Assembly (NCBI RefSeq): GCF_001194135.2
Contig: NC_068984.1
Coordinates: 10,900,583-10,964,582 of the forward strand
Origin: Octopus bimaculoides
Lineage: Eukaryota
Reading direction: 5' to 3'
DNA: 64,000 bases
This document shows, one piece after another, positions 1 to 12,695 of this stretch. Made by a program: the position numbers and the translations under genes. The notes under the pieces were generated by a model. That model did no database searches and was not told the origin of the DNA. It was given only the letters and a program-made list of their open reading frames with translations. Numbering within the stretch: the stretch's first letter is position 1; every line of letters starts with the position of its first letter.

Positions 1-380
1 AGCACATGGTTCTGGTATAGCCTCAAGCCAACCAAAGCCTTATGAGTAGATTCAGCAGATGGAAACTGATAGAAGCTCATCATATAATAATAATGATGAA
101 ATTATTGTAATACAGTGCTCGGGTGCAGTACAGCTCATCAGAAAAAGTAGTCAAAAGTACATAGAATATGCACAGGAAGTGAACAGTGAATGAATCGTTG
201 AAAAAAAAAAAGTGGAGCATCTTCATAACTTAGTAGTTCAGCAAAAAGGGACTGATAGAAGAAGTACCAGGCTTAATAAGATAAATTGAGCACTGGGGGT
301 CAATTGGTTTAACTAAAATCATTCAAGGTAGTGCCCCAGCATGGCCACAGTATGATAACTAAAACAAGTCAAAGATAAAA
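1..380 (+). mobile_element. Family A tRNA-derived SINE, 5'-truncated at the window edge
   Basis: Has 'tatagcctcaagccaaccaaagcc...ggaaactg' and the tail 'ccccagcatggccacag...aaacaagt', shared with more than 12 other copies in the window. Confidence 0.8.
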
Positions 381-813
381 GTTATCTGAGGATGGTAAAT
401 TTATTCCAAGAACTCTGATCCTAGACCTTTTATTTACTTATTAATTCATTTTGTTCTCCTTTCTTGGCAATTTTTCCCCTTAAAGAGAGAAATTGCCAAG
501 ACTCTGAAAGTAATTAGTAGTTTTTGTTACTATAAACAGGAATTGTGTTTAGACTCTTGCACTGTTATAATTGATGGCTGAGCAGAACTTAAGGGCCACA
601 TTGGCAGCAGTACATTTTGATTATCCCTGCACAAATGTGTATATATCAGTAACAAAAACACATGCCAGCCTTAAGCCATAAGATTTAAACGAAACATTCA
701 ACTTTTCAACAATTCTCCAGAACTATTTACTATAGACACAATCTCTCCATCATCATCATCATTATCATCATGTTCGTAAAATATCTAGAATTTGTGACCA
801 GACAGCTGCTGTT

Positions 814-855
<42 letters not shown>

Positions 856-1298
856 GGCAGTAAGAGAGCTCAGCCTATTTCTAATCTAATTTTTCCACCC
901 CAAACCTGATCTTTAAATTCTTTGTAAACATTGCAATTCTTTCTGTGTTATCATTGTTGTTTAGCTTCAGACATTCCAACCATGGCTGTCTCAACTTCTT
1001 TAAAGGTACTGTGCACCTTGGACAGCTCTATCCTATTTGCTATTCACTCTAGAAAAAAGAAAGCAAAAAAGAAGAAAAAATATTTGAAAACTGAGGAATT
1101 TATTGAAATATCTTTGTCATTAAGATTGCTTCGAATATTAATCAAGATGAAATTTTGATGAAAATTTTAATTTAGATCATTTTAAAATGGAATTTGTATC
1201 ATAGAACTAAGAGCAATTTCATGCAGGGTAATAACTGATCTAATCAGACATCTTGTTTCAACAAGGAGAAAAAATGGTTCTGAATCCTGTATTTAGCT

Positions 1299-2094
1299 AT
1301 CATCATCATCATCATCATCATCGTTTAACGTCCGCTTTCCATGCTAGCATGGGTTGGACGATTTGACTGAGGACTGGTGAAACCGGATGGCAACACCAGG
1401 CTCCAGTCTGATTTGGCAGAGTTTCTACAGCTGGATGCCCTTCCTAACGCCAACCACTCAGAGAGTGTAGTGGGTGCTTTTACGTGTCACCCGCACGAAA
1501 ACGGCCACGCTCGAAATGGTGTCTTTTATGTGCCACCCGCACAAGCCAGTCCAGGGGCACTGGCAACGATCTCGCTCGAAAATCCNNNNNNNNNNNNNNN
1601 NNNNNNNNNNNNNNNNNNNNNNNNNNNNNNNNNNNNNNNNNNNNNNNNNNNNNNNNNNNNNNNNNNNNNNNNNNNNNNNNNNNNNNNNNNNNNNNNNNNN
1701 NNNNNNNNNNNNNNNNNNNNNNNNNNNNNNNNNNNNNNNNNNNNNNNNNNNNNNNNNNNNNNNNNNNNNNNNNNNNNNNNNNNNNNNNNNNNNNNNNNNN
1801 NNNNNNNNNNNNNNNNNNNNNNGGCACTTTTTCACGCAGCTATCCTCCTCCATTCTCACCACATGTCCATACCAGCGCAATCGTCTCTCTTGCACGCCAC
1901 AACTGATGCTTCTAATGTTCAGCTTTTCTCTCAAGATACTTACACTCTGACGGGTATTCACATTGACATTACACATCCAACGGAGCATACTGGCTTCATT
2001 CCTTGCGAGCTTACGTATGTCCTCAGCAGTTACAGCCCATGTTTCACTGCCATGTAGCATGGTTGTTCGTACGCATGCGTCATACAGTCTGCTA
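1299..2094 (-). mobile_element. RTE-clade LINE, 5'-truncated 3' end (ORF C-terminus, 3' UTR, (GAT)n tail); spans an N gap
   Basis: Minus-strand peptide RLYDACVRTTMLHGSETW...LREKLNIRSI...QERRLRWYGHVVRMEED is the post-RT region typical of RTE LINEs (GSETW, RRLRWxGHV). It is followed by the same 3' UTR seen in many short copies. Confidence 0.9.
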
Positions 2095-2334
2095 TATATA
2101 TATGTATGCACACATCTGGCCACCTAACTCCCCAGACTTGCAGGAGATTCTGAAGTCGCCTGGAGGCCATGGTTGAAGCCAATGGCGATTTAATTGAATA
2201 TATTTACTCTTTAGTATTTCAAGATATTTCTATGTAATTTTTAGTAAATATATCTGTTAAAATGAGATGTCAGTGTTATTTTCACTTTTGCGTAATTTAG
2301 ATGACAATATATTCACCATACCCTTGAAAATTAT

Positions 2335-2520
2335 AGAAAAACAAAAAGATGATGACAGGTATATGAACAACAAGCAAGTGTATTAGTTTGACACTCAGGA
2401 AAATGAAAAACTCTTTTACGTTTCGAGCCTACGCTCTTCAACAGAAAGGAATAACAGAAAATAAACAGAGAGAGAATGAAAGAAAACTTGTAGCTTTTAC
2501 AGATGTATATATCTGTGGCA
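2335..2520 (-). mobile_element. Penelope-like-element terminal (pLTR) fragment
   Basis: Contains a hammerhead-like motif at 2413-2448. A related, more degenerate copy lies at about 22350-22440. Confidence 0.5.
2413..2448 (-). ncRNA. Minimal type-I hammerhead-like motif with A6U core change
   Basis: Minus strand reads CUUU-CUGUUGA-A-GAGC(GUAG)GCUC-GAAAC-GUA/-AAAG: 4-bp stem I, 4-bp stem II, palindromic ACGU stem III. Confidence 0.6.
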
Positions 2521-3492
2521 GTTTGGCAGATTAGATGTAGTGCACTGATGAAACTATAATAAATTACTTTTTTGAAGATTACTATAGAAACCTTTAAACT
2601 AAACACATTTACTCTCTCTTTCTCTAGCTTTTTTTTTTTTCTCTTCAGTTCAACAGGAACTGAGCAACTGCAGCTTATGCCCTTGTGTTACAAGCTCTGT
2701 TTGTCTTCTGAGCAACTATAATTTATGTCCTTGTGTGCAGAGGTCTGTTTGTCTTAAGGATAACCTGCCTTTGATCCTCGGATGGGGTTAAGTTGAGTTC
2801 GATAAAGGGCAGAAGTCATTCTAGTAAAACTAATAAACTTAACGCTTTGGCTGCAGCCTGCAACACAGTCTGTTGCATTGCTTATTTGTTTTGTTAATCT
2901 CTAGTTCAATGATACTATCTTCACATTAAGAACCAGCAGAAGTATTGACAAAATCCATATTTTATAGGTTGAAGTTCACTTTATTTAATATAGATCATTT
3001 ACTTCAACAAACTCCCTTATCACCCTCTCTACCTTCCTCACAATTATATAACGTGTCCAAGTTATATACATTCACATGGTGCACTTAGGTGTGTGTTTGT
3101 ATGTATGCATGTATGTGTGTTTGCATATGTGCATTATTTGTGATAGATTCCTTTGTTTTGACATGTATAGCCTATTTTCAAAGAGAGCAATGGGGAGAGA
3201 AAGTTGTGATGTTCATACATTTCCCAACAGTATCAAAAGCAGAATACTTTGATCTATAAGAAAGATATAGAATTGGAAAAGAGGTCGATTTGTTCAATTA
3301 AAGGTGATGCTCCAGCATGGCTGCAGTCAAAGAAACAAGTAAAGGATCAAGGTTTATATATTTTTTATCTCTCATTTGTTAAGCAATAGTATCATTGACT
3401 CTTACACAGTTACCATCTACCAAGTTCTACTCATTAAGCATTGGTCAACTGTGCTGGTGGCATGTGAACAAAACATTGGACTGACTCTTGTG

Positions 3493-3757
3493 CAGGTAGC
3501 ATGTAAAAAAACATCATTTGAGCATGGCCGTTGCCAGTACCGCCAGACTGGCCCTCGTACCGGTGGCACGCAAAAAGCACCCACTACACTCTCGGAGTGG
3601 TTGGCGTTAGGAAGGGCATCCAGCCGTAGAAACTCTGCCAGATCAGATCGGAGTCTGGTGTAACCATCTGATTCACCAGTCCCCAGTCAAATCGTCCAAC
3701 CCATGCTAGCATGGAAAGCGGACGTTAAATGATGATGATGATGATGAGGATGATGAT
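3493..3757 (+). mobile_element. RTE-LINE 3' UTR copy
   Basis: 'aaaagcacccactacactctcggagtggttggcgttaggaagggcatccagc...ccaacccatgctagcatggaaagcggacgttaaatgatgatg', the same tail as 1299-1585. Confidence 0.85.
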
Positions 3758-4469
3758 GACACCCGGACAAAATGCAATTAAACCCACAACTTAACCATAG
3801 AGCTCTCGCTGCACTGTACCACACTCCTGTGCTTGTACCATACCACACACACACACTCACACAGAGTCGTGATTGTACCATATGTGTACATATAATGAGA
3901 GTGCGTATATGTACACTGTTTAGATTGTAATCTTGTAATATATTACTTTTGTTGACAAACTCTGTAAAAAAAAAATGAAATTTTGTCTTTAATTTAAGAT
4001 GATGAGCAAAACAACTTTTGGCCATTTTGTGTATTTTGGTCTCTTTTGTTCTTCGAAAGTAATAACTTTGTACTCTTTGATTTTTCTTCTTCAATTCAGT
4101 AAAAGCTGCACCAAAAACGATGATATTTTAATTTAAGTCAATATTTTAAAAGGTTATGAATTATTATTAATATAAGATGCAGGCTTGGCTGTGTGGTTAA
4201 GAAGCTTGCTTTGTAACCTTACAACCTTTGGTTCAGTTTTATTGTGTTATAAGGCCCTCAGGAAAGCTAGGGTCCCTATATACACAATCAAAATGTATGT
4301 GGTTTACTGTTGGAACACCTAGATATGTGGGGCCTCTAGGTAACTGTCCAATGTGCTCAGGTTTTAAGATGGTGCTTCCACAACCCTGCAACATCATTAT
4401 GGTCATTATCTCCCCTCTGCAACTTTTATCACCTTACCATTTTGCTATGACAATGGGTCACTCTCTATG

Positions 4470-4655
4470 TGGTTGCTTTTTCTCCAGAAATAGCAGTCAA
4501 ATCTCCATCAAATTAAACTCTACTATCTTGGATAAAGGGCACATTGGATAATGTGCTCCTGGGTTTCCACACGTAGGGAGAAAATTAGTTGTATCTAAAA
4601 TGCCTCTGAGCATAAGTCTGCTCAAAAAGGACTGACCTAGGGTTAAACAACACAA
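4470..4655 (+). mobile_element. Unclassified short retroposon-like repeat ('ctagaaatagcagccaaat...ggctaaacaacaac' family)
   Basis: The same block recurs at about 10480-10690, 37585-37745, 40605-40775 and 55325-55495 (+), and 7975-8050 and 28490-28660 (-). It ends in an (AAC)n-like tail. Confidence 0.6.
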
Positions 4656-5856
4656 CATTGCCATCACCATTACTATAGCAACAAAGACAAGAACTATTGG
4701 GTTACTCATTGTCATGTGAGTAAACATCTCCTGATACCTGATGATCCTCTGAAAGCTGATGCTAACTCTTTTACATGTTTCAGCCCTAAGGCTGTGGCCT
4801 TGCTCAGCTCATTTTTATTTTATGGATGTTGTAAGATTTGAACTCGTGACCATTAATCCAGACCTACCTCACCCACCTACCCCCAGCCAATTGCTTGTTT
4901 CATATTCTCACTGCCAATATATATCTCACTATTATTATATACAATTAATTATTATGCCCTATGGCAACATTTCTCTAATTATAGGTATTGCTTTATTTTT
5001 TCCTACAGATGCAAAATAAATATCGTTTCTTCTAAGTTTTTGAAAATAATATAGATTTGGCGAGATATACTCTGAAAATAAATCTATGGTTGGGAAATAG
5101 TTAATAAGTTATGACAGAAATGGTGTGGTTTTAAAATTAATTTTGCATTTCATGCTTCAAAAAGAGAAAAAGATATCTATTTTCTCATTTTTTTTTTTTG
5201 TTTTTTTCTGAATCTAAAAACTTATTTTTCTTTTTAAAGTTGTAAGTGATTTAGTACAGTTTTAAAAGCCAAAAGGCATCTTTTAAATATATTGCTCTCA
5301 ATGAAACTGACAGCATGATTAGTCTGAAGGCATACTAGTGTCTGCAAGCTATCAATTAACAGAAGAAATTCAACTGTGCATTTAAAAAAAAAAGATTTCT
5401 TCTAAATATACAAAGAAGCATGTGTGTATGTATGCGTATATATACACATACATATACAAAGAGGCATATATATATATATATATATATATACATACACACA
5501 AATATACAAAGAAGCATATATATATATATATATATACATACACACAATACCACGTGGTTCGGTATTAAATTTCCTTTTTTATTCTGGTAAAAATACAAAA
5601 ATGGTTGTGGACTGACAGAAACTTTACTGATATGCTTGTGTATTGATATTAAAATGTCAAGTTCAACAATATCAAAAAAAAGAAAGAAAAGAAAAGAAAG
5701 CAAAGAACGTCCTCATTTCAATGGCAGCACACCAAATCATATCAGTGAGATGTGTGGTGTGCGATGTGCCCGACTGATCGTTGTCATTTTTTACATTCAT
5801 CTGTCCATGCTTACATGGGTCAGACTACATTTTTGGAAGTAGAATGTCAACATCAT

Positions 5857-6040
5857 AGGCGCAGGAGTGGCTGTGTGGGAAGTAGCTTGCTTACAAACCA
5901 CATGGTTCTGGGTTCAGTCCCACTGCATGGCACCTTGGGCAAGTGTCTTCTATAGCCTCAGGCCGACCAAAGCCTTGTGAGTGGATTTGGTAGACAGAAA
6001 CTGAAAGAAGCCCGTCATATATATGTATGTGTGTGTATAT
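5857..6040 (+). mobile_element. Family A SINE, 5' half
   Basis: Head 'ggcgcaggagtggctgtgtgg...gggttcagtcccactgc' with A-box-like and B-box-like motifs. Confidence 0.85.
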
Positions 6041-6084
6041 GCCTTGTGAGTAAATTTGATAAGAGGAAACTGTGTGGAAGCTGG

Positions 6085-6258
6085 TCATATATAACAGGCT
6101 TCAGCCTAGTTTCCATCTGTCAAATTTCACTCATGAGATTTGGGCAACCCAAGGTTACGGTGAAAGCCACTGTCCCTAAAGTTCAGCTATGTGAGGTTGA
6201 ATCCAGACCCACATGGTTGTGAAGGAAACCTTCTCAATCACATGGTCATGTCTGCAAG
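6085..6258 (-). mobile_element. Family A SINE, degenerate 5' half, inverted relative to 5857-6040
   Basis: Reverse complement matches the family A head. Confidence 0.65.
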
Positions 6259-6420
6259 TTCTGCTGGCATCCACAGTAGAGTCTGGCAAAAGTGACCTCT
6301 GTTGAAACATGACAGATCTCTCTTTACTTACTACCATTAATAATACTATTAATACTACTGTTATTTTTATGCTCTGTATTTGTTAGGATTGAGTTGTTGT
6401 ATGTGACTTGGAGTATAGAG

Positions 6421-6712
6421 GGGCAAGAGGCTTCATGATTAGGATATTTGGCTCATGATCGTAAGGTCGTGAGTTCAATTCCCAGCAACACATTGTCTCC
6501 TTGAGCAAGACACTTTATTTCACTTTACTCCAGTCCACTCAGCTGGCAAAAATGAGCGGTACCTGTAATTCAAAAGGCCAGCCTTGTCACACTCTGTGTC
6601 ACACTGAATCTCTCTAAGAACTATGTTAAGGGTACACATATCTGTGGAGTGCTCAGCCACTTGCATGTTAATTTCATGAGCAGGCTGTTTTGTTGATTGG
6701 ATCAACTGCAAC
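6421..6712 (+). mobile_element. Family B tRNA-derived SINE
   Basis: tRNA-like head ('gagttcaattccc'), central 'ttgtctccttgagcaagacactttatttcac...ccagtccactcagctgg' domain, and a tail shared with 60666 and 62515. Confidence 0.8.
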
Positions 6713-7084
6713 CAACAGAATGCTAGTTTTTTTGTTTCGTTTCTTTTAGCTGAGGGAGTAATCTTATATTTATTAGTAGCAGTGACAGTGAACGCTTCCA
6801 GTTTGTTGTGACAACAAACTAGCTCCTACATGTACAGGTGGTTGTAGATGTGGTCCTTATGCAGCTTATCTTGAATTGAAGTGTGCCATTCTGCATATTC
6901 TCTAATTTACTGTGAGAGATTATAGACCCAGGCCCATGCTAATCTATTGTTGTTTCTTCATTGGCCATATGTGATACCTTTGAGTGCTCATCTAATGTTT
7001 TTGTATCTTTCATTATTTTTTTTTAACTATATTTTTTTTGTTTGCTGTGAATCTTGTAGAAATGTTGTTGGGAATTTCTATTAT

Positions 7085-7600
7085 TATTTTTTTCTCTTCC
7101 CAGTATGTGGTGTGTTTATGTTGTTGAGTGCAGTGGTTAACTGTATTTCATGTTCTTTGATGTCTGCTACTAAGAAGGAAGGGGATTCAGTTGGTGCTAC
7201 TTTTAGTCTGTTTGGAACCAGGTTTCTAAGTGGTTGATGTAGGGTTGGAGTAGTTTTACAGCTGTCTAGAAAAATGGTGAGAGGATGTTGCTGTGATGCC
7301 ATTTGCATATGTAAAACTCTGTGTGTTTTCTGGAGTTGTGGAAGGACGTATAGATAGATATTACACTGAGTGGGTGAGAGAATAGATTCTTGTGTTACAT
7401 TCTTCTGGAAATTACAGAATCTTCAAACTGTTTTGCATGCCACATAGTCTTCTTGGTATCATTAGAGATAGTTAACCAGTTAGTAATTTGAGGTGTGTTT
7501 TTTCGAAGGAAGTGTCTAGTATGATGTTTGGTAGTGTTGTATATATCATTGTATATAAGACTGAAAACAATACCTTCACTAAGGCGGAGGTAATAATAAT
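7085..7600 (-). pseudogene. Decayed non-LTR reverse transcriptase fragment (Jockey/I-like)
   Basis: Frameshifted minus-strand pieces VTQESILSPTQCNIYL (compare VPQGSxLSPxLFN), TYANGITATSSH (compare YADD), LQPYINHLETWF and NRLKVAP. Confidence 0.7.
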
Positions 7601-8179
7601 GAAAAGATATTTTTTTAAATAAATAAAATCTTGTGTGATTAGCTCTGAAAGTTGTGCAAGAACAGAGTTTATTAGTGACCCAGTTTTAGGCTAAGTTATT
7701 CTCATATGATAAGACTTTATCTCAACACACCAGACCACTCATAAGTTCCCAGTTCATTTGATATCTTAATGCTAAGTCATCAGTCTTGCTCTTGTCTGAT
7801 ATCAGTGACGAAGCAGCTGAAGTGCACAGTGACATCTATTAGTGACACCAGTGACTTCACTTCAGTCATGGCACCATCTTATCCGTATGGTTAGCATGAC
7901 CCCTTCTATAAACTACAAGGTCTCAAAATGAGGTTTCCTCTTTTATATATGTTTTTTTTTTAGTTCTTCCAAGAATATGTTGTTTAACCCCTGGTCACCT
8001 TTGATCAAACAATCCCATGATCATAGGCACTCTGGCCATAACCATCCTGTCTCTTATTACACACACTGTTTAAATATCGAACAAACCTATACTTAAACAC
8101 ACACACATTTATATACACTTGCAAAACTTCATTTAAACATTGCCTATAACAGTTAAGCTAGATCATTAATGGCATCAGT

Positions 8180-8535
8180 CTAACCTGGTCTCAGAGAATC
8201 CCTAAAGATTATGGGATCCAATCTATTAAAAATACCATAAACACATCCGAACGTGATTGATGCCAGGCCCGCCTGACTGGCTCCCATGCCAGTGACACAT
8301 AAGAAGTACCATCTGGATGTGGCTGATGACAGTAACCACTGACTGGCTCCTGTGCTGGTGACATGTAACAAGCACCCATTACACTCTCGGAGTGGTTGGC
8401 GTTAGGAAGGGCATCCAGCTGTAGGAACCTTGCCAAATCAGATTGGAGCCTGGTGCAGCCTCCTGGCTTGCCAGTCTTCAGTGAAACCATCCAACCCATG
8501 CCAGCATGGAAAACAGACGTTAAACAATTATGATG
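8180..8535 (+). mobile_element. RTE-LINE 3' UTR copy with internal subrepeats
   Basis: Shared RTE tail plus two 'ctgactggctcc...gtgaca' subunits. Confidence 0.8.
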
Positions 8536-9289
8536 ATAGACCCCCTAAAACACATTATACTTACATCCCACACACACACACATACACATGCACATCTTCT
8601 CACACATATGACATACATAAACGCATGCACACATCTTGTATACATAGACACTTATTCTGTCTCACATGCATTTGTTCATTTTTACACATGTACACACGCA
8701 CATATACACATAGAGCATACACTCACATGCATACGTGTGTGTGTGTGTTTGTGTGTGTAAGCTACGTTGGTTTTTAAAAATCAGCTTTACTTTCTTCAAC
8801 TGGAAATCATCTAAAATGTATAAAATTAATAATCTTATTATGAAAATTAATTCTTCATCCTTCTTGAGTGGAAAGAGAGAGAGAGAGGGAGAGAGATGTT
8901 GTGTGGGGGAGAAAGATAGATAGATATACAGAAAGCTGAAGACAGGTCTGTGTGTGTGTGTTGTATGGTGGAGGAGAAAAGTTTTACCAATTCCATATTC
9001 AAAATTCTATAACACTAAGGTTTTCTTGTCTTTCTTTTCCCCTTTCTCTCCTTTTCTCTTCACCCCTCTCCATCCCTTTAAAACCTTAAGTAAACTTTTT
9101 TTTTTAATTCTTTAAGCTTCTTATTATGTTTGCTAGAGTTTATGTAAAAGACTTGGAATTTTCAATATGGTGATGAAAATGGGATTTTGTTAGCTTGTTG
9201 TTTTTGTTTCTGTTGTTGTCTGTGTTTTTGTTTCTGTTGTTGTCTGTGTTGTTCTACTTCATGTGGTCACTGAATAAAGAGATCTATTA

Positions 9290-9518
9290 TTAACCCTTTT
9301 AGCATTTAAACCAGCCATAGCTGACCAAAATAGTCAACCTGTTTTAAGTTAAAACTGAACAGATCCAGCTTCTCATACCTACCCTACTATGTCAGTCTAA
9401 AAATAAACAATCACATCATTGAAATTCCAAAGCTGCGAGGTAACACTCGGTTGATTCAAAACAATGTGAATAAATAAATATTGCATTTGACAGAGTAATC
9501 TAATTGCTAATGAGTTAA
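9290..9518. mobile_element. piggyBac-like MITE
   Basis: TTAA at both ends; TIRs ttaacccttttagca / tgctaatgagttaa; same family as 18679 and 59910. Confidence 0.75.
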
Positions 9519-9544
9519 GGGAATTCCAGCCATGTCTTATTTTT

Positions 9545-9960
9545 CATGTTTCTATTTTATTAGCAACAGAAGCACAGAGGCAAATTGGCCGAGTTCCTTC
9601 TGTGCGTTGGGCCTCATGGAGGCAAAGTGGCTGAGTTCCTTTCGAGCATTGGGTCTCATGGAGGCAATGACCGAGACCTTTGGCATTATGTCGTGCTTGA
9701 GATGAAAACAAGCTGAGCAAAATCGCTGTTGTGGCAGATACCGGGGTCATGCACATCACACCCATGCCGGTGGCACGTAAAAGCACCCATTACACTCTTG
9801 GAGTGGTTGGCATTAGGAAGGGCATCCAACCATAGAAAACCATGCCAAATCAGACTAGAGTCTGGTGCAGCCTTCCAGCTTACCAGCCTTGGTCAAACCA
9901 TCCAACCCATACCAGCGTGGACAACGGACATTAAAATGATTACGATGATGATGATGATAA
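9545..9960 (+). mobile_element. RTE-LINE 3' end copy
   Basis: Shared RTE tail ending in (GAT)n. Confidence 0.75.
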
Positions 9961-12099
9961 GCAGTAATGGCAATGACTTCTGTCCACCAAAGTCCACTCA
10001 TAAGGTATTGGTCACCTTGAAGTTATGGCAGAAGACAGCCTGGCCAAGGTGCCACATGGTACACTTGAACCCCAGACCACAGGGTTGATAACCAAACTTC
10101 TTAACTGTGCAATTTTTATATCTTTGTTCCCATATTATATAAAGTATTATTAAGATGTTTGGCATCATGGGTTTTTGTTTTGGATATTTATTCCTGAGTT
10201 CAAATCATACTGATGTCAGCTCTCACTTCCATCTGCCATGGTCTCATAAGTAAATACCAGTTATACACTGCATCCATTATTCCCTCACCACCACCATGAT
10301 TACTCCATTTTATATTATTTCATCTTCATCATCATTTTCATGTCTACCATTTCATGCTTATGATAAGCCCATAACCATCTGATTCCTGATAAAAATCAAT
10401 AGAATTCATAAGGAAAACTTAACAGCAGGAAAATAAGAAACAGATAGCATTAGCTGATGACCCTTCAAATTGTATTATCAATAACACCTCAAGGAAGCTG
10501 CTATTTGGTAGCTAAACCTGCTAGAAATCACAGCAAATCTCCTTCAAATTTTATTTAAAAAATAAAGGGACATGCATAATGTATTCGCTATGCTTGAAAA
10601 GCATGGAGGGATGGTCACCGATGGAATGTCTTTAATCTTAGATCTGGTGCATCAGAGCTAACTGGAAGCTAAACAAAAACAATAACAGTTTGTAGATCAG
10701 ATAACAATGAAGTATTTATTGAATTCACCTCACCCTAACTTTAAACTGCACCCCCCCCCCCACTCAGCTATTATCAGCACCACCCATTATCATTGATATC
10801 CAATCAGTATTTTATTGCTCTGGTTGGTAACCCCTATTTAGCAACCCCCATCACTACCACCAGATGCAAACCAAAAAATAAAATACCTCCCCTTTAGTTT
10901 GTGTTGTTTTTATTTTCAGCTGCTATCATGGTTTGCCATGTGTATGTTTTAAGTGTTTTAATGCGCTACATTTCGCAGACTGTACTAATATTGTGGGTTC
11001 TGGAAGGTTACTTTCGCTTGGTTCTGTTTTTTTTATATTGCATTTTTCATCTAGGTGAAACTTCTCAGTTGTCACTGTGTATGTACCAGCACTTCTTGGT
11101 AGATAAAGAGAATCTGAGAGCAGTATTTACATGCAAACAGCCTCTGTACTAATATCATGTATGTGTGTAGGATTGCTTACATGACACAATAATGTGTTGT
11201 AAGTCTTACAAATCTGGCAAGAATGAATCTGACTAAACATTAGTGAGCAACCTAAGGAATGAGGGAGGAACGCTTAACTCTCTCAGGGTCTTTACATTTT
11301 AAATGGGATCTGCTACACCACATATTTCATATGTAGTGGGATATGTGTTAATAATGTATACTGTTAAAATTTGTTCTTACACATGTTATGTTTGTATGTC
11401 TAAGAATTTCAAGAACAGATCACGTTGTTTCACTGGGCTTGTGTTTTTCCTGATAGTGAAGAAATTAATGTAACAATTTTCTCTGAAATTGATAACTAAA
11501 CTTAATTTTTGTTTGGTCCTGTGGGAAATTATTCTATTTCCTTATTTTATTTCTGATTTCTGTTTCAATAGCCTATTTCGTTTATCTACTAAATTTTTCA
11601 ACTTCAGCAATTACTGTTTCCTGCTTTTCTCTTTTGTCGAAGAAAATCTAATAAAAAAAAAAAAGAATATTTTTGTTTACTATAATGTCTGATAATTTTA
11701 GTTGAATACTTAGTTTCATTTGAGGTTTATTTTGTTCTGTTTTTGTTTAGCTTTGATTTGAAAGGAAAATTTTTTTTTTAAATTGCTCTAAACCACCAAT
11801 GCCATTTTTTCTAATTAAGAATTCAAAGCTTCCAATATATTTGTTACATCAATGAATTTGTAAACATTTCCAGGACACTAGATGAACTATGTAACTATTA
11901 TTGGCTGAATTATTTGTGATTAATTCATCATTTTTTGTCTGCTTATCACAAAATACAGACTGTTATAAATCATTTGTTACAATAAAGGGATTTGAAATAT
12001 AGCCTTAGGTTTTTTTTTTTTTTTAGAGATTTTATTTTTAACCACAACCCCACTCCAACCCTGATCTGGAGATATAGGTAACACTTTTGAGTAGAAATT

Positions 12100-12695
12100 T
12101 TTGATGCCGGGTCACTCTTGAGTGCTACTGGTGACATGTGACCCAGTACGGCCTGTCGTATGGTCAGGTCGTCGGCAACTAAACTGGCAACCCCATCAAG
12201 TTTGCTTGGTCAGGAGGGTGATTGCTGGACACCCTGCAGGACGAAAAATAAGACCTGTCAAAGGGCAGAAGAACTACTGTGTAGTCAATGGCCAATTCAA
12301 AAAGTACCTTGTTACTGTGAAGTGCCTGTGTGCTCCATTGATCCAGAGAGCTATGCTGGAGGGAGAGAAATCTTCAGGCAGGTCTTACCAGGACAGACAG
12401 GTCGAAGGGTAGGAGACCGACAAAACCTTAACAGCAATAAATTGAAGTGTTGGCAGCAGGGCATGGATTTAGTTACCAGCAGGACCTAACAGATCAGATT
12501 CTTGGCTTTGAACTAGCAGGATGTCATGCAGAGGATCTTGAATACAAGACAATGAATGAGACCCTAATATTCCTAGTTAGATGGAAACTGCATGACCACA
12601 TGGAGCAGCGCCCTGTGACTCCCATAGTATGCACAACCGAAACCCCTAAAAGGGGCATCCTATGGAACGACCTAGATGAGATGAGATTGAGAAGT
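12100..12695 (+). mobile_element. GC-richer unclassified repeat-like segment, possibly a 5' UTR of a non-LTR retrotransposon
   Basis: Abrupt compositional shift from the AT-rich flanks, no credible ORF, and several short stems. The classification is inference. Confidence 0.35.
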
